A DNA stretch of 32,000 bases from Acaryochloris thomasi RCC1774 (lineage in GTDB: Bacteria; Cyanobacteriota; Cyanobacteriia; Thermosynechococcales; Thermosynechococcaceae). Position numbers and translations under genes: made by a program. The DNA lies in NCBI RefSeq assembly GCF_003231495.1, contig NZ_PQWO01000002.1, forward strand, positions 390,001 to 422,000. Reading direction: 5' to 3'. This document shows, in pieces, positions 8,548-17,128 of the stretch (position 1 is its first letter; each line of letters begins with the position of its first letter). The notes under the pieces are model-generated. The model was not told where the DNA came from, did not search any database, and saw nothing but the letters and a program-made list of their open reading frames with translations.

Positions 8548-9374
8548 CGCTTTTGAGCAATGTGGAAAGCAGACAGATGTGATAGTGGCAAGCGGCCATC
8601 CAAATGCCTTTCTATGTAGCCTCGCAATTCTTGGAATAAGGCGTCCCGCCGCTGCGACTCTAACTTGAGGTAAGGCGAATAGGTTTGCAAGAGCGTTAAA
8701 TATTGTTCGGCTGTATGGATTACAGAAACTTCGACATACCCAGGACTTATCTTGTCAAAGTGGCCTGAATCAAGTGCGATTTGTCCCAAGTTGTCTAAAA
8801 TTTTGAGCTGCGTGGGTTTATCCTCGTAACGATCGAGCTCTGGCGCATGAGCTGCGTAGATTCTAGAGAAGTGTTGGTGGACAGCTTGACTGGGCTGAAG
8901 TTCCTTATTCCACAGCAGAATCAGAGAGCCACCGGGTTTGAGGGCCTGGGCCGCCTTCTGATAACCCACCTCTGCCGGAATCCAGTGAAAGGAGCTAGCG
9001 GCCACAACCGCGTCGAACTGCTCTGCTTGTAAATCCCATTCCTCAAATGATGTGTTCTGAAGCTCGATTTGCGAATAGTTCTGGCAGTTATTGACTGCCA
9101 GCCGATAGAAGTCAGGATTCGGCTCCAAGCAGAGCATCGGACATTTCAGGGCTGCAAAACTCAACGTGGCGGTGCCGGGGCCACAGCCTACTTCTAGAAG
9201 CTTAGACTCTCTAGACAACTGGGCGATCTCAATGACCTGCTCAATTACAGCCTGCGGATAGCTGGGCCTTGCTTGGTTATAAGCCTCTGCCGCCGGAGAA
9301 TACCAGCTCTTTCGCTGCTCTAATTCTCTACCCGAGTAGCTGCTGATCAGGCCCATCAGTTTTTCTTTATCCAT
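8544..9374 (-). CDS. class I SAM-dependent methyltransferase (small-molecule type)
   Basis: Motif I is LLEVGCGPGTATL, and the later FDAVVAASSFHWIP and LKPGGSLILLWN are typical of the Methyltransf_11/25 fold. Its 3' end overlaps the helicase stop by 4 nt (convergent). Confidence 0.8.
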   Translation of the reverse strand: MDKEKLMGLISSYSGRELEQRKSWYSPAAEAYNQARPSYPQAVIEQVIEIAQLSRESKLLEVGCGPGTATLSFAALKCPMLCLEPNPDFYRLAVNNCQNYSQIELQNTSFEEWDLQAEQFDAVVAASSFHWIPAEVGYQKAAQALKPGGSLILLWNKELQPSQAVHQHFSRIYAAHAPELDRYEDKPTQLKILDNLGQIALDSGHFDKISPGYVEVSVIHTAEQYLTLLQTYSPYLKLESQRRDALFQELRGYIERHLDGRLPLSHLSAFHIAQKR

Positions 9375-9706
9375 ACTGATGGCTCTGAGTAGAAACGCGC
9401 TGTGGTCTAGTGCCAGAGAATCTTTTGGATAACTTTTCGCCTGCTATACATCCGCTTATAGCAGTACCCGGCTGAGTTGGGACAGCCCTTCTTTCGCATA
9501 GATGGGGGTCAGCCATTTTTATATCCTAATCAATACGTGTAATGCTGTATTTCAATGTTTCAAGTGCAGATACGACAAGCGACAAGAAAACAGATATTGC
9601 ACCTTATAAATTAAGGAAAGTTTTTCTCAGACTCATTTCATATTTCTTTTAGAACGGGTCTCTAGTATATGAAATACCGATACCTCACATACCACAACAT
9701 GATCAA

Positions 9707-9736
9707 GCCCAGGGGTAATTTTCCCTGGGCTTTTTT
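9707..9736 (+). terminator. Rho-independent terminator (repeat unit 1)
   Basis: GCCCAGGG gtaatttt CCCTGGGC followed by TTTTTT. Confidence 0.65.
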
Positions 9737-9863
9737 GCTTCTAAAGTCTTTCCCTCTTATTTCTAGAGAAATTTGTGCAGCTCTCATATGCCGTTCATGT
9801 CGTCCTCAGGAGCTGCCCCTAATCTATAAGGTACCGATACCTCACATACCACAACATGATCAA

Positions 9864-9894
9864 GCCCAGGGAAACTCACCCCTGGGCTTTTTTT
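9864..9894 (+). terminator. Rho-independent terminator (repeat unit 2)
   Basis: GCCCAGGG aaactcac CCCTGGGC followed by TTTTTTT. Confidence 0.65.
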
Positions 9895-10023
9895 GTCTGC
9901 TACAGTCTCCCCTTTTTTGTTTTTGGAGAAATTCGTGCAGCTCTCATGTGTCGTTCATGTCGTCCTCAGGAGCTGCCCCTAATCTATAAGGTACCGATAC
10001 CTCACATACCACAACATGATCAA

Positions 10024-10054
10024 GCCCAGGGAAACTCACCCCTGGGCTTTTTTT
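10024..10054 (+). terminator. Rho-independent terminator (repeat unit 3)
   Basis: GCCCAGGG aaactcac CCCTGGGC followed by TTTTTTT. Confidence 0.65.
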
Positions 10055-10080
10055 CCGCAAGCTGGGGCGGCAGGCCAAAC

Positions 10081-11403
10081 CTAAACGGCCTTTAGAACCA
10101 TCGGCAGCCCATTTTGGGGACGGGTATTGAAATTGAAAATAGGCTTAAACACGTAATCTGACGGCAGGCTCAGGCGATAGCGCTGCAAAATCATGGCTAA
10201 GTTAATTCGCATCTGCATCATGGCGAAGCCTTGACCAATGCAGGCTCTTGGCCCACCTGAGAAGGGTAAATAAGCTGATTTAGAGATGTTGCCGTCAGCA
10301 AAGCGGTCAGGGTTGAACGTCAATGGCTCTGGGTAAATATCAGCACGGCGATGCAGTGTCCAAGGTGCGACAACGATCATACTTCTGCTCGGCAGGTGGT
10401 GTCCCTGAATAGTCACAGGTTCAATGGATTGACGGCCTACAAACGCGATTACTGGAAGCAAGCGCATTGATTCTTGTAGCACTTGCTCCAGATAAGGCAT
10501 CTGCTCTAAATCTTCTGCAGTAATTTCGCGTGTACCCAGGACGCGAGCAATTTCGTCACGTAGACGTGCCTCTATATCTGGGTGTTGAGCCAGTAGATAG
10601 AGCGTAAACGCTAGGCTGTAGGCCGTGACTTCATACCCCGCTGCAAATAGATTGCTGACTTCGTTACACACCTGCATGTCGGTGATGTATCCCGTTGTGT
10701 CAGCCTTCTGGCCCTGAACTAACATTGAGAGAATATCGCCTTTGTCTTCACCTGAGGTGCGGCGCTCTTCGATGATGGGCAGGAAAAAATCGTTTCTATC
10801 TTTGAGCAACTTCTTCAGCTCTCGGTTGCTAGGTATAGGAACCCAGGCAGGGGTTGGAACGGAGCTAATCCGCTTGAAAAAAAGTTCAATAAAGCGGAGC
10901 AGGTTTTCTCCCGACTTGCTGCTGTAGAGGTCCATGCCGAAGAAACACTGGGTTGTGGTGCGAAGCGTTAGCTCCATCATGTTGTCGGTGATTTCTACTG
11001 TTTCACCCGGTTGCCAGCGATCTACGATCTGTCGGGTGTAGCCAATTGCTGTTTTGGCGTAGTTCTGGAGACGTGGAACGCTAAAACCAGGCTGAAGGGT
11101 CGATCTCAATATTTTCCAGAGTTCACCGTCGCTGGTGAATAGATTGTCGCCAAAGAGCTGATTGGCTGTGTATTTAATGCCGAAGGGTTTATGAAAGCTG
11201 CGGGACTGTTTGACCATCACCTCCTGAATCAGATCAGGATGGTTGACGAAATAGGTGGGTACTAGGGGGAACGGAATTTTCAGGAAATCGCCCTGGCCTG
11301 CGATGTATTCGATGTATCCCAAAGCGTCTTGGCGGAGCGCCTTCGTATGGTTCCGTTGAGGGTAGCCGCTGGGAGCGATGGCGGCGGGGAGTGTTGAAGG
11401 CAT
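10081..11403 (-). CDS. cytochrome P450
   Basis: The heme-binding Cys loop is FSGGPRACIGQGFAMMQM (FxxGxRxCxG). ESMRL is the K-helix ExxR, and AGYEVTA is the I-helix (A/G)GxxT. Confidence 0.9.
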   Translation of the reverse strand: MPSTLPAAIAPSGYPQRNHTKALRQDALGYIEYIAGQGDFLKIPFPLVPTYFVNHPDLIQEVMVKQSRSFHKPFGIKYTANQLFGDNLFTSDGELWKILRSTLQPGFSVPRLQNYAKTAIGYTRQIVDRWQPGETVEITDNMMELTLRTTTQCFFGMDLYSSKSGENLLRFIELFFKRISSVPTPAWVPIPSNRELKKLLKDRNDFFLPIIEERRTSGEDKGDILSMLVQGQKADTTGYITDMQVCNEVSNLFAAGYEVTAYSLAFTLYLLAQHPDIEARLRDEIARVLGTREITAEDLEQMPYLEQVLQESMRLLPVIAFVGRQSIEPVTIQGHHLPSRSMIVVAPWTLHRRADIYPEPLTFNPDRFADGNISKSAYLPFSGGPRACIGQGFAMMQMRINLAMILQRYRLSLPSDYVFKPIFNFNTRPQNGLPMVLKAV

Positions 11404-11654
11404 AGATTAAACGCCCGGTAAGGATGGATTCAGTGTATCGAAGTCTAGAGCGATCGCTCAAAAGATCGATAGGCTGCACTGGGGGAGTTAACGATGTTAG
11501 ACTGTTTGGTGACTCGGACCCATGCGATCGCAACGCCTCAATCTTGTCAGGACCGGAAGGTAGCAGCAATACGGGATGCTTGTGATAGGCGTGGACTCCG
11601 GGTCACCTTGGTTTAAGGTCCGTTCTCACCACATCGCCACATAGAGTTTTGAGC

Positions 11655-12011
11655 ATGGCTGACTTTCAAGATCTTGTTAAAAAAGCATTCTATCTGGGCG
11701 TTGGAGCTATCTCCTATGCCGGAGAGCAGGCCACCGATCAGATCTCGGACCTGCAGAAGCGGGCGCAAGAACTTGCTGACGAAATGATCCGTCGGGGTGA
11801 AATGACCACCGAAGAATCACGGCAGTGGCTCGATAGTCTGACAAATCAAGGCCAAGGTGGCTCTTCTAGTGCGCCAAAAGATACCTATTCAGGCAAGCCC
11901 CAGGTCATTGATGTTCAGGTCGAAGATGAGCCAGAGCAGAATGTAAATGATCTGCATCAGCAAGTGCAAAATCTAGAAGACGAATTCCGCCGCCTGCAGG
12001 ACGATAAATAG
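11655..12011 (+). CDS. phasin-like / COG3937-type small helical protein (function unknown)
   Basis: MADFQDLVKKAFYLGVGAISYAGEQATDQISDLQKRAQELADEMIRRGEMTTEE resembles the N-terminal pattern of COG3937 'phasin family' proteins, as I recall it. The track start is TTG 11649, but I prefer ATG 11655. Confidence 0.5.
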   Translation: MADFQDLVKKAFYLGVGAISYAGEQATDQISDLQKRAQELADEMIRRGEMTTEESRQWLDSLTNQGQGGSSSAPKDTYSGKPQVIDVQVEDEPEQNVNDLHQQVQNLEDEFRRLQDDK

Positions 12012-12047
12012 TAATTCTTCCAGGGTTGATATTCGAGAGGGATGGCT

Positions 12048-13481
12048 TTATACCAGCGCATCCAAAAGCGTATGGAGCTTGAGCTGGATTTCGGCTAGTT
12101 CTCGCTGCGGATCAGAGCCGGCAACAATCCCCGCACCTGCGTAGAGTCGGGTTAAACAGCCGTCAATGAGCGCGGACCGAATCCCCACCGTGAATTCTCC
12201 GTTCCCCTGGTGATCGACCCAGCCAATGGGGGCCGCATAGAGATGGCGCTCAAAGGTCTCATGCTTGCGGATTTGCTGCTGGGCAATTTTCTGGGGTGCG
12301 CCTGCCACGGCTGGGGTGGGATGCAGCGCCTCTAAAATCTCTAGCAGGTGCAAATTCTGCGGGATTTTGGCCGTGACCAATGTGCGTAAGTGCTGGATGT
12401 TGGGGAGCTGTAGCAAATGGGGCGGAGAAGAGACCTGCGACTGAATGCCCAATTCCCAAAGGCAGTTTTGGATAAAGTCAAGAACCACCTGATGCTCATG
12501 ATTATCTTTAGGGTTGCCCAGCAGTTGAGTGCCTAAGTGCGTATCTTCTGTTAGATTTTGGCCGCGCGGGGCGGATCCGGCGAGGGCGTCGGTGACTAAG
12601 TTGCGATCGCAAAGTTCAATCAACCGCTCAGGACTAGCCCCCATAAACGCCTGCCCCTTGCCGTTGCTCACCGAGAACACATAGCAGTCGGGGTAGCGAT
12701 CGCGCAGAGTCGCTAGAGCATGACCCAACGGCGGTGGTTCAGGAACCGTCACATCTAGAGTGTGGGCCAGGACTAGCTTTTGCAAACCCTGCGCTTCAAT
12801 ATCCTGCAAGATGTTTTTCACAGCAGTCGTAAACCGCTCGGTCTCGGTCAGGACTGGATAATCTGCAGCTACAGGCGAACTTAACTTTGCAGACTGCAGC
12901 GTCCCTCTTCCGTTGGTTTGAGGAGAGCGCAACTGCTGCCACTGTCGCCAAACTTCGTCTGTTAGCTGCACCAGATTGGTTTGAGCGTCCACCAAAAGAT
13001 TGGCAACCAATACCGCCTGGTCCCGGACCCGTGCCACCTGCCAACGGGGCAAAAACACCGTCGCCGCCGGAAATAGCCGCGTCTCTCGCTGCGTCTCGTC
13101 AAAAAAAGTAAAGCTACAGAAAAAGTGCGGACCCGCACAGGGCAAATCCAAAGCTCCTGCTGTGACCGTATCCACTAATGATGTACAAATAAACCGCTGT
13201 GCCTGCGTAAACCGCTGCGGGCCGTCTATCTGTAGTTGCAGAACCGGTTCCGTTGCGGCGATGGCGATTTGTTGCGATCGCTGCTCCCAGTAAAAGTGCA
13301 GATGCTCTGGCTGCCGCAATCGTTCCAGGACCGCCAGTGGGTCAACCGCAGGAATGGCTAGAGACAAGCTAACAACCTGGGCATGTTCCTTGCGCCGAGC
13401 CGTCGCTTGACAGGCTACAAACAGCTCATGCAGTGACTTGCGGTCCTGAAGCAGCTTTGCCGGAAACGGGGTAACGGTCAT
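12048..13481 (-). CDS. menF: isochorismate synthase (phylloquinone/menaquinone pathway)
   Basis: 477 aa with a chorismate-utilising-enzyme C-terminus: HPTPAVAG, YAAPIGW, and LYAGAGIVAGSDPQRELAEIQLKL. It is divergently paired with menC. Confidence 0.85.
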   Translation of the reverse strand: MTVTPFPAKLLQDRKSLHELFVACQATARRKEHAQVVSLSLAIPAVDPLAVLERLRQPEHLHFYWEQRSQQIAIAATEPVLQLQIDGPQRFTQAQRFICTSLVDTVTAGALDLPCAGPHFFCSFTFFDETQRETRLFPAATVFLPRWQVARVRDQAVLVANLLVDAQTNLVQLTDEVWRQWQQLRSPQTNGRGTLQSAKLSSPVAADYPVLTETERFTTAVKNILQDIEAQGLQKLVLAHTLDVTVPEPPPLGHALATLRDRYPDCYVFSVSNGKGQAFMGASPERLIELCDRNLVTDALAGSAPRGQNLTEDTHLGTQLLGNPKDNHEHQVVLDFIQNCLWELGIQSQVSSPPHLLQLPNIQHLRTLVTAKIPQNLHLLEILEALHPTPAVAGAPQKIAQQQIRKHETFERHLYAAPIGWVDHQGNGEFTVGIRSALIDGCLTRLYAGAGIVAGSDPQRELAEIQLKLHTLLDALV

Positions 13482-13700
13482 GAAAGAGAGCTTGACAACG
13501 GTTTGTTAAAACAGCGGGATCAAGAGGATGCTCGTACAGGTTGCTGAACAATATCCGAGACCGACCTGTAACGGCCACAGTCTAACCCCAGGGAAATATA
13601 CTTACTCTATCCATCTAACCATTGAAAGGGGCATCCCCGCATGGCAGCGGGCGGATGGCATACATAACGCCACAATCACGACTCAATCTCAGCACCGATT

Positions 13701-14621
13701 ATGTTTCGGCTTTCCTTCCAACCCTATCAAAGACGTTTTAAGCAGGCCCTACGGACCCACCATGGCCTTTGGTCTCAGCGAGACGGAATCCTGCTGCAGC
13801 TTGAAGATGAGCGAGGACGTATGGGAAAAGGGGAGATTGCGCCCCTGCCCTGGTTTGGTTCAGAGACTTTGGAAGAAGCCCTGTATTTCTGTCGTCACCT
13901 CCCGGCTCGCTTTTCCCTGCATGAACTAGAGGCTATCTCCGAAGCGTTACCGGCCTGCCAATTTGGCTTTGGTTCAGCCCTGGAGTCCCTCAGTCATCGG
14001 CCAGCAGCATCTGAGAACAAAGAGGCTTTACTCCACAGCGCTCTCCTGCCGACAGGAAAAGCTGCACTAACGGCTTGGCCTGCTTTGTGGAAGCGGGGCT
14101 ATCGCACCTACAAGTTGAAAATTGGCGTTAGCAGCCTTGCAACCGAACAAGATCTATGCCGAACTTTGCTATCAGAACTCCCTCCGTCTGCTCAGCTTCG
14201 CCTAGATGCCAACGGAGGATTAGATGCTCAAACCGCACAACAGTGGTTAGAGATATGTGACGGTTCCCGACCCACTTCTGATATTGAGTACCTAGAGCAG
14301 CCCCTGCCGGTTAACCAGTTTGAAGATATGCTCCGGTTGAGCAAGCAGTACACCACTCCCATTGCTTTAGATGAGTCCGTTGCCACCCTACCGCAGCTCA
14401 TCCACTGCTATGAAAAAGGCTGGCCGGGGATTTTTGTAATTAAGCCTGCGATCTCAGGATATCCACAGCAACTGCGGCAGTTTTGCCAAACCCACGCCAT
14501 TGATGCCGTTTTTTCTTCAGTTTTTGAAACGGAAATCGGTCGTCACGCTTGTCTCCAGTTAGCTGCGACCCTCTCAACCCGAGCGGTCGGCTTTGGTCTT
14601 GACCACTGGTTCGCAGATTAA
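13701..14621 (+). CDS. menC: o-succinylbenzoate synthase (enolase superfamily)
   Basis: GEIAPLPWFGSE, YKLKIG, LRLDANGG, EYLEQP and IALDES are the enolase-superfamily metal-ligand and catalytic-Lys blocks, in OSBS order. It lies next to menF. Confidence 0.8.
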   Translation: MFRLSFQPYQRRFKQALRTHHGLWSQRDGILLQLEDERGRMGKGEIAPLPWFGSETLEEALYFCRHLPARFSLHELEAISEALPACQFGFGSALESLSHRPAASENKEALLHSALLPTGKAALTAWPALWKRGYRTYKLKIGVSSLATEQDLCRTLLSELPPSAQLRLDANGGLDAQTAQQWLEICDGSRPTSDIEYLEQPLPVNQFEDMLRLSKQYTTPIALDESVATLPQLIHCYEKGWPGIFVIKPAISGYPQQLRQFCQTHAIDAVFSSVFETEIGRHACLQLAATLSTRAVGFGLDHWFAD

Positions 14622-14703
14622 CGGCTCTGATACGCCTGAAGTTTTGACCGCCTGCAACGTTCCAAAGTCTTTTACAATCCAAGAAAGATTTGCAGAGTAT
14701 TCC

Positions 14704-15102
14704 ATGAACTATCGAGCATTGCTGGCGTTAACCCTGTTTCCGTTGCTGTTGGGTTCAGTGGCCCAAGCTGAGAATCCTGATCATGTGAAAAAGCTTCTGA
14801 AATCGGGACGTTGCTCAAAGTGCGATCTAACGGGTGCTGATTTAGCTGCTGCGAATTTAAGGAAGGCTAATTTGCAGGGAGCCGATCTTACGAATGCTAA
14901 TCTCAATTTGGCTGATTTAACGGGTGCTAATCTCTCTGATGCTAATCTCACGGGTGCCAGTTTAGTCTTTGTTGATTTTACAGGTGCTACTTTGAATGGC
15001 GCTCAGCTTACCGATGCAGTGATTGAAGGTGGCGATCAGTTTGGTCGTGCTGGGAGTTTTGACAAGGCAACGCTCCCGAATGGAATTGAGGCACGCCCCT
15101 AG
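14704..15102 (+). CDS. secreted pentapeptide-repeat protein
   Basis: Signal peptide MNYRALLALTLFPLLLGSVAQA, then tandem A(D/N)LxG pentapeptides (ADLAAANLRKANLQGADLTNANLNLADLTGANLSDANLTGASL). The track ORF starts upstream at 14593, but the ATG at 14704 gives the signal peptide. Confidence 0.85.
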   Translation: MNYRALLALTLFPLLLGSVAQAENPDHVKKLLKSGRCSKCDLTGADLAAANLRKANLQGADLTNANLNLADLTGANLSDANLTGASLVFVDFTGATLNGAQLTDAVIEGGDQFGRAGSFDKATLPNGIEARP

Positions 15103-15244
15103 CATAAACCCTGGTTGCTTGTCATCCCTTTCAGTCAAGATATGTTGAGCAAAGTTGCATGAACGAGGCCCCTGCGGAATATTGAAGGCATCTGTTCAAG
15201 TTCTTTGACAGTCAGCAATCTTTAGGTTGTGGGGAGGCAAAATT

Positions 15245-15655
15245 ATGAAACCGTTTTATCTGCTGGGGCTATTGGGCCTATTGCTGCCGCTGGCGATCCA
15301 GCCTGCCGAAGCTAAGAGCTGCAGTCCCTACCGTATTAACTATGAAGGAGCGATTACGCAGGGCATTATCCGGCGACCTTCACTCGTGAGCAATGCGAAT
15401 CAATCTTGGCGCTTGTTCCATGTGGCAATGGATCGCAACGACCGTATGGAAGCGGCATCACGAGCGGCCCAATATCTGGTTATTGTTTCTGAACGCAATG
15501 GTACAGCTCAAGCCCATCGAGCACGGCAGCTTGTGGAGTCAGAGTTTACCCGCCGTTACGATCAGCCAGTTGAAGTAGCAATGCCTATCTTTGAGATCAT
15601 TCTCGCCAATAGCGAGGTTGACTGCGAGACTAATTTGGCGCGCCGGATTCGATAG
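15245..15655 (+). CDS. hypothetical secreted protein
   Basis: The ATG at 15245 gives signal peptide MKPFYLLGLLGLLLPLAIQPAEA. I recognise no family. Its 3' end overlaps the convergent GTPase gene by 26 nt. Confidence 0.55.
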   Translation: MKPFYLLGLLGLLLPLAIQPAEAKSCSPYRINYEGAITQGIIRRPSLVSNANQSWRLFHVAMDRNDRMEAASRAAQYLVIVSERNGTAQAHRARQLVESEFTRRYDQPVEVAMPIFEIILANSEVDCETNLARRIR

Positions 15656-16982
15656 GGAGCGGCGTCAAGTTCTGCCGCAGTCGGTAGAGAAGCATGTCTG
15701 GCTTGAGGGCTTGGAGCATCTGATAAATGATTGTGCTGGGTCCGATAGGCCCCCAGGTTGCACCTTGGATTAGGTAGGTTTGAGTTGCCTGCCCGATTTT
15801 TTGAGCGCCGTAGGCGGCGACGCCAGCCTGGGCAATCGCACCGCTCACGAGCGGCAGTAGGTTTCCTGCATTATCTATAATGGCGGCATCGCCCCCGAGG
15901 CCAAAAAGAATGCCGCTCACTATTTCTATGAGTAGAATACTGCCTATATTTGAGAAGAGTCGTTGCCAAATCTGATCGACGCGATAGCGACTGGTGGGTA
16001 GGCCGTAGTGCCTTACTAATGCACCCACTAGTAAGAGATCAAAGAGGCCGCATCCGAGTAGGTCGAGAAAGAGGAAGGGGAGAAGTGCGATCGCAACTCC
16101 CTTAACCACCAAAAATTTTCCAATCAGCGCCTCAGCCGACTTAGAATAATTCTCCGCAAGCCGCTGAGAAATCTCCTGCTCAATACCTTCTGCCTGGAGT
16201 AGGGCGTTCACCGTCAGCAATCCACGTCCTTCTTGATTGAGCAGTTTCAACAAACGCTGGCGCAGAGATTCCACATTGGGGGGCGGCACCTCCCAGTCTT
16301 CTTTAGAGCGACCATCGGGCCATTCTGAACGTACTGGAACGGGGGCTGGGGCTGCTGCTGTGAGCAGAATTTCGTTGGACGTTAGCACCTGCTGTAGGTT
16401 CGCCAGTTTTTCGTAGATTGTCTCTGGCTGCAGATTCGGGTACAGATCAGCCTTATTGACCACCATTAATATGGGCCGCTGAACCTGTCGAAGTTCTCCG
16501 AGCGCCGCTAATTCCTCTGGGGTGGGTGCTCCGGCCACGATAAACAGAATCAAATCAGCAGTACTGGCAATATCACGGGCCATCTGCGCTCGGCCCTGGC
16601 CTTCGATTTCATCAAGGCCGGGGGTATCGATTAGCTCAATCTGGAGGCTGGCATTCTCTATCTCAGCCAGGGTTGGGGACCAGCGCACCGAGCGAGGCCA
16701 CTGAGTTTCGCCATTAAGTGGTCCGACCGGGAAGATAGGTTCGGCAAAGAGGGCATTGAGGACAGCGGATTTCCCGCGACTGACAAAGCCAAAGGCCGCA
16801 ATTTGGATTAGATTTTGACTGAGCTTGTTCTGTAGACCTGTGAGTACCCCAAGCTGATTTTGCAGCTCTGACTGTAGCTCTAGTGGCAGTTGCCCATGAT
16901 CTTGAATCATCTGCTGGAGGCTTTGTGTCGCGCGATCTTGCAGGGCTGTTTGCCAGTCTGTAGCTTGATTGGCGATTGGCAT
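15630..16982 (-). CDS. GTP-binding protein with C-terminal DUF697-type membrane domain
   Basis: G1 is AFGFVSRGKSAVLNAL, G3 is LIDTPGLDE, and G4 is VVNKADL. The C-terminal third is glycine-rich and hydrophobic (GVAIALLPFLFLDLLGCGLFDLLLVGALV ... SGAIAQAGVAAYGA). Confidence 0.75.
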   Translation of the reverse strand: MPIANQATDWQTALQDRATQSLQQMIQDHGQLPLELQSELQNQLGVLTGLQNKLSQNLIQIAAFGFVSRGKSAVLNALFAEPIFPVGPLNGETQWPRSVRWSPTLAEIENASLQIELIDTPGLDEIEGQGRAQMARDIASTADLILFIVAGAPTPEELAALGELRQVQRPILMVVNKADLYPNLQPETIYEKLANLQQVLTSNEILLTAAAPAPVPVRSEWPDGRSKEDWEVPPPNVESLRQRLLKLLNQEGRGLLTVNALLQAEGIEQEISQRLAENYSKSAEALIGKFLVVKGVAIALLPFLFLDLLGCGLFDLLLVGALVRHYGLPTSRYRVDQIWQRLFSNIGSILLIEIVSGILFGLGGDAAIIDNAGNLLPLVSGAIAQAGVAAYGAQKIGQATQTYLIQGATWGPIGPSTIIYQMLQALKPDMLLYRLRQNLTPLPIESGAPN

Positions 16983-17128
16983 TGATTTGGATCAGTTAGA
17001 GGCTAGCTTGATGGTCTTATTCTGCAGACTGTTGACGTTGAGCTGATGATCTACACTGTGATTGAGTTCAGTCGTTGTGGTCATGGTAGAGCATAGACGA
17101 TCTGACACTTTCCATTATTTAGAATGTT

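Larger units (their letters stand above)
9675..10056 (+). repeat. tandem array of 2.4 units (157 and 160 bp), each unit ending in an intrinsic terminator
   Basis: The 32-nt block taccgatacctcacataccacaacatgatcaa is identical at 9675, 9832 and 9992. Each copy is followed by the hairpin GCCCAGGG-loop-CCCTGGGC and a T-run. A ~70-nt block (gagaaatt.gtgcagctctcat...cctcaggagctgcccctaatctataagg) is repeated before units 2 and 3. Confidence 0.9.

Noticed and set aside
8544-9374. Methyltransferase convergent with the helicase, as a possible helicase + MTase defence pair (BREX/DISARM-like)
   Set aside because: Its motifs are those of small-molecule class I methyltransferases, with no DPPY/SPPY or m5C motifs. 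It is on the opposite strand, so the link is probably coincidental.
9675-10056. Possible CRISPR array
   Set aside because: The repeat period is ~160 bp with long conserved 'spacers', there are only 2.4 units, the repeats are not 25-40-nt units alternating with unique spacers, and there are no cas genes in the window.
9669-10095. Two overlapping plus-strand ORFs (106 aa and 79 aa) spanning the tandem repeats
   Set aside because: Their sequence is simply the repeat read through, so the same peptide blocks recur. They run through the terminator hairpins and T-runs. They have no recognisable domains and no plausible ribosome-binding context. The repeat/sRNA interpretation fits better.
11234-11569. 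111-aa minus-strand ORF extending upstream of the P450 gene; I also looked for a riboswitch-like element at 11404..11654
   Set aside because: The ORF overlaps the P450 N-terminus out of frame and is Pro/Arg/Ser-rich. The intergenic region has some local hairpins (for example ggac...gtcc around 11600), but I could not match it to any riboswitch consensus I know.
13528-13929. 133-aa plus-strand ORF overlapping the start of menC
   Set aside because: It is out of frame with the well-supported menC CDS, and it lies in the menF/menC divergent promoter region.
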